Shown here: positions 25,256 to 39,300 of the stretch, piece after piece
Numbering within the stretch: the first letter of the stretch is position 1
How the letters are laid out: each line of letters begins with the position of its first letter
The notes under the pieces: model-generated
The model's database searches: none
What the model saw: the letters and a program-made list of their open reading frames with translations, nothing else
What the model was told of the DNA's origin: nothing
Program-made: the position numbers and the translations under genes
NCBI RefSeq assembly: GCF_009914755.1
Contig: NC_060933.1
Source of the DNA: the human T2T-CHM13v2.0 reference genome, Homo sapiens
Reading direction: 5' to 3' (one strand)
Length of the DNA stretch: 64,000 nt

Positions 25256-27807
25256 CATTCTCAGAAACTTCCTTGTGATGTGTGTACTCAAGTAACAGAG
25301 TTGAACCTTCCTTTTGACAGAGCAGTTTTGAAGCACTCTTTTTGTAGAATCTGCAAGTGGATATTCTGATACCTTTGAGGATTTCGTTGGACACGGGATA
25401 TCTTCATATAAAATCTAGACAGAAGCATTCTCAGAAACTTCTTTGTGCTGTATGTCCTCAATTAACAGAGTTGAACCTTTGTGTGGATACAGCATTTTGG
25501 AAACATTCCTTTAGTAGAATCTGCAAGTTGATATTTAGATAGCTAGGAAGATTTCCTTGGAAACGGGAATATCTTCATATAAAATCTAGACGGAAGCATT
25601 CTCAGAAAGTGCTTTGTGATGTTTGCATTCAAGTCACAGAGTTGAATATTCCCTTTTATAGAGCAGGTTTGAAACACTCTTTCTGCACTACCTGGAAGTG
25701 GACATTTGGAGCGCTTTGAGGCCTATGTTGAAAAACGAAATATCTTCCCATAAAAACTAGACAGAAGCATTCTCAGAAACTTGTTTGTGATGTGTGTATT
25801 CAACTAACAGAGATGAACCTTTCTTTTTACAGAGCAGTTTTGAAACACTCTTTTTGTGGAATCTGAAAGTGGATATTTGGATAGCTTTGAGGATTTCGTT
25901 GGAAACGGGATTACATATAAAACCTAGAGAGAAGCATTCTCAGGAACTTCTTTGTGATGTTTGCCTTCAAGTCACAGGACTGAACATTCCCTTTCATAGA
26001 GCAGGTTTGAAACACTCCTTCTGTAGTATCTGCAAGCTGACGTTTCAAGCGCTTTCAGGCCTATGGTGAGAAAGGAAATATCTTCAAGTAAAAACTAGAC
26101 AGAAGCATTCTCAGAAACTTATTTGCCATGTGTGTTCTCAACTAACAGAGTTGAACCTTTGTTTTGATACGGCATTTTGGAAACACTCTTTTTGTAGAAT
26201 CTGCAGGTGGATATTCGGATAGCTTTGAAGGTTTCGTTGGAAACGGGAATATCTTCATATAAAATCTAGACGGAAGCATTCTCAGAAACTGCTTTGTGAT
26301 GTTTTCATTCAAGTCACAGAGTAGAATGTTCCCTGTTATATACCAGGTTTGAGACACTCTTTCTGCACTACCCGGAAGTGGACGTTTGGAGCGCTTTGAG
26401 GCCTATGTTGAAAAAGGAAATATCTTCCCATAAAAACTAGACAGAAGCATTCTCAGAAACTTGTTTGTGATGTGTGTATTCAACTAACAGAGATGAACCT
26501 TTCTTTTTACAGAGCAGTTTTGAAACACTCTTTTTGTGGAATCTGAAAGTGGATATTTGGATAGCTTTGAGGATTTCGTTGGAAACGGGATTACATATAA
26601 AATCTAGAGAGAAGCATTCTCAGGAACTTCTTTGTGATGTTTGCATTCACGTCACAGAACTGAACATTCCCTTTCATAGAGCATGTTTGAAACACTCTTT
26701 CTGTAGTATCTGCAAACGGACATTTCAAATGCTTTCAGGCCTATGGTGAGAAAGAAAATATCTTCAAGTAAAAACTAGACAGAAGCATTCTCAGAAACTT
26801 ATTTGCGATGTGTGTCCTCAACTAACAGAGTTGAACCTTTCTTTTGATACAACATTTTGGAAACACTCTTTTTGTAGAATCTGCAAGTGGATATTTGAAT
26901 AGCTTTGAAGGTTTCGTTGGAAACGGGAATATCTTCATATAAAATCAAGACAGAAGCATTCTCAGAAACTTCTCTGTGATGTTTGCATTCAACTCATAGA
27001 GTTGAACACTTCCCTTCATACAGCAGGTTTGAAACACTCTTTTTGTAATATTTGGAAGTGGACTTTTGCAGCGCTTTGAGGCCTATGATGAAAAAGGTAA
27101 TATCTTCCCATAAAAACTAGACAGAAGCATTCTCAGAAACTTGTTTGTGATGTGTGTATTCAACTAACAGAGATGAACCTTTCTTTTTACAGAGCAGTTT
27201 TGAAACACTCTTTTTGTGGAATCTGAAAGTGGATATTTGGATAGCTTTGCGGATTTCGTTGGAAACGGGATTACATATAAAATCTAGGGAGAAGCATTCT
27301 CAGGAACTTCTTTGTGATGTTTGCATTCAAGTCACAGAACTGAACATTCCCTTTCATAGAGCAGGTTTGAAACACTCTTTCTGTAGTATCTGCAAGCGGA
27401 CGTTTTAAGCGCTTTCAGGCCTGTGGTGAGAAAGGAAATATCTTCAAATAAAAACTAGACAGAAGCATTCTCAGAAACTTATTTGCGATGTGTGTCCTCA
27501 ACTAACAGAGTTGAACCTTTCTTTTGATACAACATTTTGGAAACACTCTTTTTGTAGAATCTGCAAGTGGATATTTGGATAGCTTTGAAGGTTTCGTTGG
27601 AAACGGGAATATCTTCATATGAAATCAAGACAGAAGCATTCTCAGAAACTTCTCTGTGATGTTTGCATTCAACTCATAGAGTTGAACACTTCCCTTCATA
27701 CAGCAGGTTTGAAACACTGTTTTTCTAATATTTGGAAGTGGACATTTGCAGCGCTTTGAGGCCTATGTTGAAAAAGGAAATATCTTCTCCTAAAAACCAG
27801 ACAGAAG

Positions 27808-30355
27808 CATTCTCAGAAACTTCCTTGTGATGTGTGTACTCAAGTAACAGAGTTGAACCTTCCTTTTGACGGAGCAGTTTTGAAGCACTCTTTTTGTAGA
27901 ATCTGCAAGTGGATATTTTGATACCTTTGAGGATTTCGTTGGACACGGGATATCTTCATATAAAATCTAGGCAGAAGCATTCTCAGAAACTTCTTTGTGC
28001 TGTATGTCCTCAATTAACAGAGTTGAACCTTTGTGTGGATACAGCATTTTGGAAACATTCCTTTAGTAGAATCTGCAAGTTGATATTTAGATAGCTAGGA
28101 AGATTTCCTTGGAAACGGGAATATCTTCATATAAAATCTAGACGGAAGCATTCTCAGAAAGTGCTTTGTGATGTTTGCATTCAAGTCACAGAGTTGAATA
28201 TTCCCTTTTATAGAGCAGGTTTGAAACACTCTTTCTGCACTACCTGGAAGTGGACATTTGGAGCGCTTTGAGGCCTATGTTGAAAAACGAAATATCTTCC
28301 CATAAAAACTAGACAGAAGCATTCTCAGAAACTTGTTTGTGATGTGTGTATTCAACTAACAGAGATGAACCTTTCTTTTTACAGAGCAGTTTTGAAACAC
28401 TCTTTTTGTGGAATCTGAAAGTGGATATTTGGATAGCTTTGAGGATTTCGTTGGAAACGGGATTACATATAAATCCTAGAGAGAAGCATTCTCAGGAACT
28501 TCTTTGTGATGTTTGCCTTCAAGTCACAGGACTGAACATTCCCTTTCATAGAGCAGGTTTGAAACACTCTTTCTGTAGTATCTGCAAGCTGACGTTTCAA
28601 GCGCTTTCAGGCCTATGGTGAGAAAGGAAATATCTTCAAGTAAAAACTAGACAGAAGCATTCTCAGAAACTTATTTGCCATGTGTGTTCTCAACTAACAG
28701 AGTTGAACCTTTGTTTTGATACGGCATTTTGGAAACACTCTTTTTGTAGAATCTGCAGGTGGATATTCGGATAGCTTTGAAGGTTTCGTTGGAAACGGGA
28801 ATATCTTCATATAAAATCTAGACGGAAGCATTCTCAGAAACTGCTTTGTGATGTTTTCATTCAAGTCACAGAGTAGAATGTTCCCTGTTATATACCAGGT
28901 TTGAGACACTCTTTCTGCACTACCTGGAAGTGGACGTTTGGAGCGCTTTGAGGCCTATGTTGAAAAAGGAAATATCTTCCCATAAAAACTAGACAGAAGC
29001 ATTCTCAGAAACTTGTTTGTGATGTGTGTATTCAACTAACAGAGATGAACCTTTCTTTTTACAGAGCAGTTTTGAAACACTCTTTTTGTGGAATCTGAAA
29101 GTGGATATTTGGATAGCTTTGAGGATTTCGTTGGAAACGGGATTACATATAAAATCTAGAGAGAAGCATTCTCAGGAACTTCTTTGTGATGTTTGCATTC
29201 ACGTCACAGAACTGAACATTCCCTTTCATAGAGCATGTTTGAAACACTCTGTAGTATCTGCAAACGGACATTTCAAACGCTTTCAGGCCTATGGTGAGAA
29301 AGGAAATATCTTCAAGTAAAAACTAGACAGAAGCATTCTCAGAAACTTATTTGCGATGTGTGTCCTCAACTAACAGAGTTGAACCTTTCTTTTGATACAA
29401 CATTTTGGAAACACTCTTTTTGTAGAATCAGCAAGTGGATATTTGAATAGCTTTGAAGGTTTCGTTGGAAACGGGAATATCTTCATATAAAATCAAGACA
29501 GAAGCATTCTCAGAAACTTCTCTGTGATGTTTGCATTCAACTCATAGAGTTGAACACTTCCCTTCATACAGCAGGTTTGAAACACTCTTTTTGTAATATT
29601 TGGAAGTGGACATTTGCAGCGCTTTGAGGCCTATGATGAAAAAGGTAATATCTTCCCATAAAAACTAGACAGAAGCATTCTCAGAAACTTGTTTGTGATG
29701 TGTGTATTCAACTAACAGAGATGAACCTTTCTTTTTACAGAGCAGTTTTGAAACACTCTTTTTGTGGAATCTGAAAGTGGATATTTGGATAGCTTTGCGG
29801 ATTTCGTTGGAAACGGGATTACATATAAAATCTAGGGAGAAGCATTCTCAGGAACTTCTTTGTGATGTTTGCATTCAAGTCACAGAACTGAACATTCCCT
29901 TTCATAGAGCAGGTTTGAAACACTCTTTCTGTAGTATCTGCAAGCGGACGTTTTAAGCGCTTTCAGGCCTGTGGTGAGAAAGGAAATATCTTCAAATAAA
30001 AACTAGACAGAAGCATTCTCAGAAACGTATTTGCGATGTGTGTCCTCAACTAACAGAGTTGAACCTTTCTTTTGATACAACATTTTGGAAACACTCTTTT
30101 TGTAGAATCTGCAAGTGGATATTTGGATAGCTTTGAAGGTTTCGTTGGAAACGGGAATATCTTCATATGAAATCAAGACAGAAGCATTCTCAGAAACTTC
30201 TCTGTGATGTTTGCATTCAACTCATAGAGTTGAACACTTCCCTTCATACAGCAGGTTTGAAACACTCTTTTTCTAATATTTGGAAGTGGACATTTGCAGC
30301 GCTTTGAGGCCTTTGTTGAAAAAGGAAATATCTTCTCCTAAAAACCAGACAGAAG
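27808..30355 (+). repeat. 15-mer HOR with the same 4-bp deletion (2548 bp)
   Basis: GAAACACTCTGTAG at 29241-29254. Unit spacing is 2548. Confidence 0.95.
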
Positions 30356-33300
30356 CATTCTCAGAAACTTCCTTGTGATGTGTGTACTCAAGTAACAGAG
30401 TTGAACCTTCCTTTTGACGGAGCAGTTTTGAAGCACTCTTTTTGTAGAATCTGCAAGTGGATATTTTGATACCTTTGAGGATTTCGTTGGACACGGGATA
30501 TCTTCATATAAAATCTAGACAGAAGCATTCTCAGAAACTTCTTTGTGCTGTATGTCCTCAATTAACAGAGTTGAACCTTTGTGTGGATACAGCATTTTGG
30601 AAACATTCCTTTAGTAGAATCTGCAAGTTGACATTTAGATAGCTAGGAAGATTTCCTTGGAAACGGGAATATCTTCATATAAAATCTAGACGGAAGCATT
30701 CTCAGAAAGTGCTTTGTGATGTTTGCATTCAAGTCACAGAGTTGAATATTCCCTTTTATAGAGCAGGTTTGAAACACTCTTTCTGCACTACCTGGAAGTG
30801 GACATTTGGAGCGCTTTGAGGCCTATGTTGAAAAAGGAAATATCTTCCCATAAAAACTAGACAGAAGCATTCTCAGAAACTTGTTTGTGATGTGTGTATT
30901 CAACTAACAGAGATGAACCTTTCTTTTTACAGAGCAGTTTTGAAACACTCTTTTTGTGGAATCTGAAAGTGGATATTTGGATAGCTTTGAGGATTTCGTT
31001 GGAAACGGGATTACATATAAAACCTAGAGAGAAGCATTCTCAGGAACTTCTTTTTGATGTTTGCCTTCAAGTCACAGGACTGAACATTCCCTTTCATAGA
31101 GCAGGTTTGAAACACTCTTTCTGTAGTATCTGCAAGCTGACGTTTCAAGCGCTTTCAGGCCTATGGTGAGAAAGGAAATATCTTCAAGTAAAAACTAGAC
31201 AGAAGCATTCTCAGAAACTTATTTGCCATGTGTGTTCTCAACTAACAGAGTTGAACCTTTGTTTTGATACGGCATTTTGGAAACACTCTTTTTGTAGAAT
31301 CTGCAGGTGGATATTCGGATAGCTTTGAAGGTTTCGTTGGAAACGGGAATATCTTCATATAAAATCTAGACGGAAGCATTCTCAGAAACTGCTTTGTGAT
31401 GTTTTCATTCAAGTCACAGAGTAGAATGTTCCCTGTTATATACCAGGTTTGAGACACTCTTTCTGCACTACCTGGAAGTGGACGTTTGGAGCGCTTTGAG
31501 GCCTATGTTGAAAAAGGAAATATCTTCCCATAAAAGCTAGACAGAAGCATTCTCAGAAACTTGTTTGTGATGTGTGTATTCAACTAACAGAGATGAACCT
31601 TTCTTTTTACAGAGCAGTTTTGAAACACTCTTTTTGTGGAATCTGAAAGTGGATATTTGGATAGCTTTGAGGATTTCGTTGGAAACGGGATTACATATAA
31701 AATCTAGAGAGAAGCATTCTCAGGAACTTCTTTGTGATGTTTGCATTCACGTCACAGAACTGAACATTCCCTTTCATAGAGCATGTTTGAAACACTCTTT
31801 CTGTAGTATCTGCAAACGGACATTTCAAACGCTTTCAGGCCTATGGTGAGAAAGGAAATATCTTCAAGTAAAAACTAGACAGAAGCATTCTCAGAAACTT
31901 ATTTGCGATGTGTGTCCTCAACTAACAGAGTTGAACCTTTCTTTTGATACAACATTTTGGAAACACTCTTTTTGTAGAATCAGCAAGTGGATATTTGAAT
32001 AGCTTTGAAGGTTTCGTTGGAAACGGGAATATCTTCATATAAAATCAAGACAGAAGCATTCTCAGAAACTTCTCTGTGATGTTTGCATTCAACTCATAGA
32101 GTTGAACACTTCCCTTCATACAGCAGGTTTGAAACACTCTTTTTGTAATATTTGGAAGTGGACATTTGCAGCGCTTTGAGGCCTATGATGAAAAAGGAAA
32201 TATCTTCCCATAAAAACTAGACAGAAGCATTCTCAGAAACTTGTTTGTGATGTGTGTATTCAACTAACAGAGATGAACCTTTCTTTTTACAGAGCAGTTT
32301 TGAAACACTCTTTTTGTGGAATCTGAAAGTGGATATTTGGATAGCTTTGCGGATTTCGTTGGAAACGGGATTACATATAAAATCTAGGGAGAAGCATTCT
32401 CAGGAACTTCTTTGTGATGTTTGCATTCAAGTCACAGAACTGAACATTCCCTTTCATAGAGCAGGTTTGAAACACTCTTTCTGTAGTATCTGCAAGCGGA
32501 CGTTTTAAGCGCTTTCAGGCCTGTGGTGAGAAAGGAAATATCTTCAAATAAAAACTAGACAGAAGCATTCTCAGAAACGTATTTGCGATGTGTGTCCTCA
32601 ACTAACAGAGTTGAACCTTTCTTTTGATACAACATTTTGGAAACACTCTTTTTGTAGAATCTGCAAGTGGATATTTGGATAGCTTTGAAGGTTTCGTTGG
32701 AAACGGGAATATCTTCATATGAAATCAAGACAGAAGCATTCTCAGAAACTTCTCTGTGATGTTTGCATTCAACTCATAGAGTTGAACACTTCCCTTCATA
32801 CAGCAGGTTTGAAACACTCTTTTTCTAATATTTGGAAGTGGACATTTGCAGCGCTTTGAGGCCTATGTTGAAAAAGGAAATATCTTCTCCTAAAAACCAG
32901 ACAGAAGCATTCTCAGAAACTTCCTTGTGATGTGTGTACTCAAGTAACAGAGTTGAACCTTCCTTTTGACAGAGCAGTTTTGAAGCACTCTTTTTGTAGA
33001 ATCTGCAAGTGGATATTTTGATACCTTTGAGGATTTCGTTGGACACGGGATATCTTCATATAAAATCTAGACAGAAGCATTCTCAGAAACTTCTTTGTGC
33101 TGTATGTCCTCAATTAACAGAGTTGAACCTTTGTGTGGATACAGCATTTTGGAAACATTCCTTTAGTAGAATCTGCAAGTTGATATTTAGATAGCTAGGA
33201 AGATTTCCTTGGAAACGGGAATATCTTCATATAAAATCTAGACGGAAGCATTCTCAGAAAGTGCTTTGTGATGTTTGCATTCAAGTCACAGAGTTGAATA

Positions 33301-36300
33301 TTCCCTTTTATAGAGCAGGTTTGAAACACTCTTTCTGCACTACCTGGAAGTGGACATTTGGAGCGCTTTGAGGCCTATGTTGAAAAAGGAAATATCTTCC
33401 CATAAAAACTAGACAGAAGCATTCTCAGAAACTTGTTTGTGATGTGTGTATTCAACTAACAGAGATGAACCTTTCTTTTTACAGAGCAGTTTTGAAACAC
33501 TCTTTTTGTGGAATCTGAAAGTGGATATTTGGATAGCTTTGAGGATTTCGTTGGAAACGGGATTACATATAAAACCTAGAGAGAAGCATTCTCAGGAACT
33601 TCTTTGTGATGTTTGCCTTCAAGTCACAGGACTGAACATTCCCTTTCATAGAGCAGGTTTGAAACACTCTTTCTGTAGTATCTGCAAGCTGACGTTTCAA
33701 GCGCTTTCAGGCCTATGGTGAGAAAGGAAATATCTTCAAGTAAAAACTAGACAGAAGCATTCTCAGAAACTTATTTGCCATGTGTGTTCTCAACTAACAG
33801 AGTTGAACCTTTGTTTTGATACGGCATTTTGGAAACACTCTTTTTGTAGAATCTGCAGGTGGATATTCGGATAGCTTTGAAGGTTTCGTTGGAAACGGGA
33901 ATATCTTCATATAAAATCTAGACGGAAGCATTCTCAGAAACTGCTTTGTGATGTTTTCATTCAAGTCACAGAGTAGAATGTTCCCTGTTATATACCAGGT
34001 TTGAGACACTCTTTCTGCACTACCCGGAAGTGGACGTTTGGAGCGCTTTGAGGCCAATGTTGAAAAAGGAAATATCTTCCCATAAAAACTAGACAGAAGC
34101 ATTCTCAGAAACTTGTTTGTGATGTGTGTATTCAACTAACAGAGATGAACCTTTCTTTTTACAGAGCAGTTTTGAAACACTCTTTTTGTGGAATCTGAAA
34201 GTGGATATTTGGATAGCTTTGAGGATTTCGTTGGAAACGGGATTACATATAAAATCTAGAGAGAAGCATTCTCAGGAACTTCTTTGTGATGTTTGCATTC
34301 ACGTCACAGAACTGAACATTCCCTTTCATAGAGCATGTTTGAAACACTCTTTCTGTAGTATCTGCAAACGGACATTTCAAACGCTTTCAGGCCTATGGTG
34401 AGAAAGGAAATATCTTCAAGTAAAAACTAGACAGAAGCATTCTCAGAAACTTATTTGCGATGTGTGTCCTCAACTAACAGAGTTGAACCTTTCTTTTGAT
34501 ACAACATTTTGGAAACACTCTTTTTGTAGAATCTGCAAGTGGATATTTGAATAGCTTTGAAGGTTTCGTTGGAAACGGGAATATCTTCATATAAAATCAA
34601 GACGGAAGCATTCTCAGAAACTTCTCTGTGATGTTTGCATTCAACTCATAGAGTTGAACACTTCCCTTCATACAGCAGGTTTGAAACACTCTTTTTGTAA
34701 TATTTGGAAGTGGACATTTGCAGCGCTTTGAGGCCTATGATGAAAAAGGAAATATCTTCCCATAAAAACTAGACAGAAGCATTCTCAGAAACTTGTTTGT
34801 GATGTGTGTATTCAACTAACAGAGATGAACCTTTCTTTTTACAGAGCAGTTTTGAAACACTCTTTTTGTGGAATCTGAAAGTGGATATTTGGATAGCTTT
34901 GCGGATTTCGTTGGAAACGGGATTACATATAAAATCTAGGGAGAAGCATTCTCAGGAACTTCTTTGTGATGTTTGCATTCAAGTCACAGAACTGAACATT
35001 CCCTTTCATAGAGCAGGTTTGAAACACTCTTTCTGTAGTATCTGCAAGCGGACGTTTTAAGCGCTTTCAGGCCTGTGGTGAGAAAGGAAATATCTTCAAA
35101 TAAAAACTAGACAGAAGCATTCTCAGAAACGTATTTGCGATGTGTGTCCTCAACTAACAGAGTTGAACCTTTCTTTTGATACAACATTTTGGAAACACTC
35201 TTTTTGTAGAATCTGCAAGTGGATATTTGGATAGCTTTGAAGGTTTCGTTGGAAACGGGAATATCTTCATATGAAATCAAGACAGAAGCATTCTCAGAAA
35301 CTTCTCTGTGATGTTTGCATTCAACTCATAGAGTTGAACACTTCCCTTCATACAGCAGGTTTGAAACACTCTTTTTCTAATATTTGGAAGTGGACATTTG
35401 CAGCGCTTTGAGGCCTATGTTGAAAAAGGAAATATCTTCTCCTAAAAACCAGACAGAAGCATTCTCAGAAACTTCCTTGTGATGTGTGTACTCAAGTAAC
35501 AGAGTTGAACCTTCCTTTTGACAGAGCAGTTTTGAAGCACTCTTTTTGTAGAATCTGCAAGTGGATATTTTGATACCTTTGAGGATTTCGTTGGACACGG
35601 GATATCTTCATATAAAATCTAGACAGAAGCATTCTCAGAAACTTCTTTGTGCTGTATGTCCTCAATTAACAGAGTTGAACCTTTGTGTGGATACAGCATT
35701 TTGGAAACATTCCTTTAGTAGAATCTGCAAGTTGATATTTAGATAGCTAGGAAGATTTCCTTGGAAACGGGAATATCTTCATATAAAATCTAGACGGAAG
35801 CATTCTCAGAAAGTGCTTTGTGATGTTTGCATTCAAGTCACAGAGTTGAATATTCCCTTTTATAGAGCAGGTTTGAAACACTCTTTCTGCACTACCTGGA
35901 AGTGGACATTTGGAGCGCTTTGAGGCCTATGTTGAAAAAGGAAATATCTTCCCATAAAAACTAGACAGAAGCATTCTCAGAAACTTGTTTGTGATGTGTG
36001 TATTCAACTAACAGAGATGAACCTTTCTTTTTACAGAGCAGTTTTGAAACACTCTTTTTGTGGAATCTGAAAGTGGATATTTGGATAGCTTTGAGGATTT
36101 CGTTGGAAACGGGATTACATATAAATCCTAGAGAGAAGCATTCTCAGGAACTTCTTTGTGATGTTTGCCTTCAAGTCACAGGACTGAACATTCCCTTTCA
36201 TAGAGCAGGTTTGAAACACTCTTTCTGTAGTATCTGCAAGCTGACGTTTCAAGCGCTTTCAGGCCTATGGTGAGAAAGGAAATATCTTCAAGTAAAAACT

Positions 36301-39300
36301 AGACAGAAGCATTCTCAGAAACTTATTTGCCATGTGTGTTCTCAACTAACAGAGTTGAACCTTTGTTTTGATACGGCATTTTGGAAACACTCTTTTTGTA
36401 GAATCTGCAGGTGGATATTCGGATAGCTTTGAAGGTTTCGTTGGAAACGGGAATATCTTCATATAAAATCTAGACGGAAGCATTCTCAGAAACTGCTTTG
36501 TGATGTTTTCATTCAAGTCACAGAGTAGAATGTTCCCTGTTATATACCAGGTTTGAGACACTCTTTCTGCACTACCTGGAAGTGGACGTTTGGAGCGCTT
36601 TGAGGCCTATGTTGAAAAAGGAAATATCTTCCCATAAAAGCTAGACAGAAGCATTCTCAGAAACTTGTTTGTGATGTGTGTATTCAACTAACAGAGATGA
36701 ACCTTTCTTTTTACAGAGCAGTTTTGAAACACTCTTTTTGTGGAATCTGAAAGTGGATATTTGGATAGCTTTGAGGATTTCGTTGGAAACGGGATTACAT
36801 ATAAAATCTAGAGAGAAGCATTCTCAGGAACTTCTTTGTGATGTTTGCATTCACGTCACAGAACTGAACATTCCCTTTCATAGAGCATGTTTGAAACACT
36901 CTTTCTGTAGTATCTGCAAACGGACATTTCAAACGCTTTCAGGCCTATGGTGAGAAAGGAAATATCTTCAAGTAAAAACTAGACAGAAGCATTCTCAGAA
37001 ACTTATTTGCGATGTGTGTCCTCAACTAACAGAGTTGAACCTTTCTTTTGATACAACATTTTGGAAACACTCTTTTTGTAGAATCAGCAAGTGGATATTT
37101 GAATAGCTTTGAAGGTTTCGTTGGAAACGGGAATATCTTCATATAAAATCAAGACAGAAGCATTCTCAGAAACTTCTCTGTGATGTTTGCATTCAACTCA
37201 TAGAGTTGAACACTTCCCTTCATACAGCAGGTTTGAAACACTCTTTTTGTAATATTTGGAAGTGGACATTTGCAGCGCTTTGAGGCCTATGATGAAAAAG
37301 GAAATATCTTCCCATAAAAACTAGACAGAAGCATTCTCAGAAACTTGTTTGTGATGTGTGTATTCAACTAACAGAGATGAACCTTTCTTTTTACAGAGCA
37401 GTTTTGAAACACTCTTTTTGTGGAATCTGAAAGTGGATATTTGGATAGCTTTGAGGATTTCGTTGGAAACGGGATTACATATAAAATCTAGGGAGAAGCA
37501 TTCTCAGGAACTTCTTTGTGATGTTTGCATTCAAGTCACAGAACTGAACATTCCCTTTCATAGAGCAGGTTTGAAACACTCTTTCTGTAGTATCTGCAAG
37601 CGGACGTTTTAAGCGCTTTCAGGCCTGTGGTGAGAAAGGAAATATCTTCAAATAAAAACTAGACAGAAGCATTCTCAGAAACGTATTTGCGATGTGTGTC
37701 CTCAACTAACAGAGTTGAACCTTTCTTTTGATACAACATTTTGGAAACACTCTTTTTGTAGAATCTGCAAGTGGATATTTGGATAGCTTTGAAGGTTTCG
37801 TTGGAAACGGGAATATCTTCATATGAAATCAAGACAGAAGCATTCTCAGAAACTTCTCTGTGATGTTTGCATTCAACTCATAGAGTTGAACACTTCCCTT
37901 CATACAGCAGGTTTGAAACACTCTTTTTCTAATATTTGGAAGTGGACATTTGCAGCGCTTTGAGGCCTATGTTGAAAAAGGAAATATCTTCTCCTAAAAA
38001 CCAGACAGAAGCATTCTCAGAAACTTCCTTGTGATGTGTGTACTCAAGTAACAGAGTTGAACCTTCCTTTTGACAGAGCAGTTTTGAAGCACTCTTTTTG
38101 TAGAATCTGCAAGTGGATATTTTGATACCTTTGAGGATTTCGTTGGACACGGGATATCTTCATATAAAATCTAGACAGAAGCATTCTCAGAAACTTCTTT
38201 GTGCTGTATGTCCTCAATTAACAGAGTTGAACCTTTGTGTGGATACAGCATTTTGGAAACATTCCTTTAGTAGAATCTGCAAGTTGATATTTAGATAGCT
38301 AGGAAGATTTCCTTGGAAACGGGAATATCTTCATATAAAATCTAGACGGAAGCATTCTCAGAAAGTGCTTTGTGATGTTTGCATTCAAGTCACAGAGTTG
38401 AATATTCCCTTTTATAGAGCAGGTTTGAAACACTCTTTCTGCACTACCTGGAAGTGGACATTTGGAGCGCTTTGAGGCCTATGTTGAAAAAGGAAATATC
38501 TTCCCATAAAAACTAGACAGAAGCATTCTCAGAAACTTGTTTGTGATGTGTGTATTCAACTAACAGAGATGAACCTTTCTTTTTACAGAGCAGTTTTGAA
38601 ACACTCTTTTTGTGGAATCTGAAAGTGGATATTTGGATAGCTTTGAGGATTTCGTTGGAAACGGGATTACATATAAAACCTAGAGAGAAGCATTCTCAGG
38701 AACTTCTTTGTGATGTTTGCCTTCAAGTCACAGGACTGAACATTCCCTTTCATAGAGCAGGTTTGAAACACTCTTTCTGTAGTATCTGCAAGCTGACGTT
38801 TCAAGCGCTTTCAGGCCTATGGTGAGAAAGGAAATATCTTCAAGTAAAAACTAGACAGAAGCATTCTCAGAAACTTATTTGCCATGTGTGTTCTCAACTA
38901 ACAGAGTTGAACCTTTGTTTTGATACGGCATTTTGGAAACACTCTTTTTGTAGAATCTGCAGGTGGATATTCGGATAGCTTTGAAGGTTTCGTTGGAAAC
39001 GGGAATATCTTCATATAAAATCTAGACGGAAGCATTCTCAGAAACTGCTTTGTGATGTTTTCATTCAAGTCACAGAGTAGAATGTTCCCTGTTATATACC
39101 AGGTTTGAGACACTCTTTCTGCACTACCCGGAAGTGGACGTTTGGAGCGCTTTGAGGCCAATGTTGAAAAAGGAAATATCTTCCCATAAAAACTAGACAG
39201 AAGCATTCTCAGAAACTTGTTTGTGATGTGTGTATTCAACTAACAGAGATGAACCTTTCTTTTTACAGAGCAGTTTTGAAACACTCTTTTTGTGGAATCT

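Larger units (their letters stand above)
2601..27436 (+). repeat. 24,836-bp macro-repeat, copy 1 (nine 15-mers plus one 11-mer)
   Basis: Rare variants recur at exactly +24,836: 2883/27719, the 4-bp deletion ~4412/~29248, 6218/31054, 15699/40535 and the 11-mer at 23384/48220. ORF-track variants repeat at the same offset. The breakpoint phase is uncertain within ~280 bp. Confidence 0.93.
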
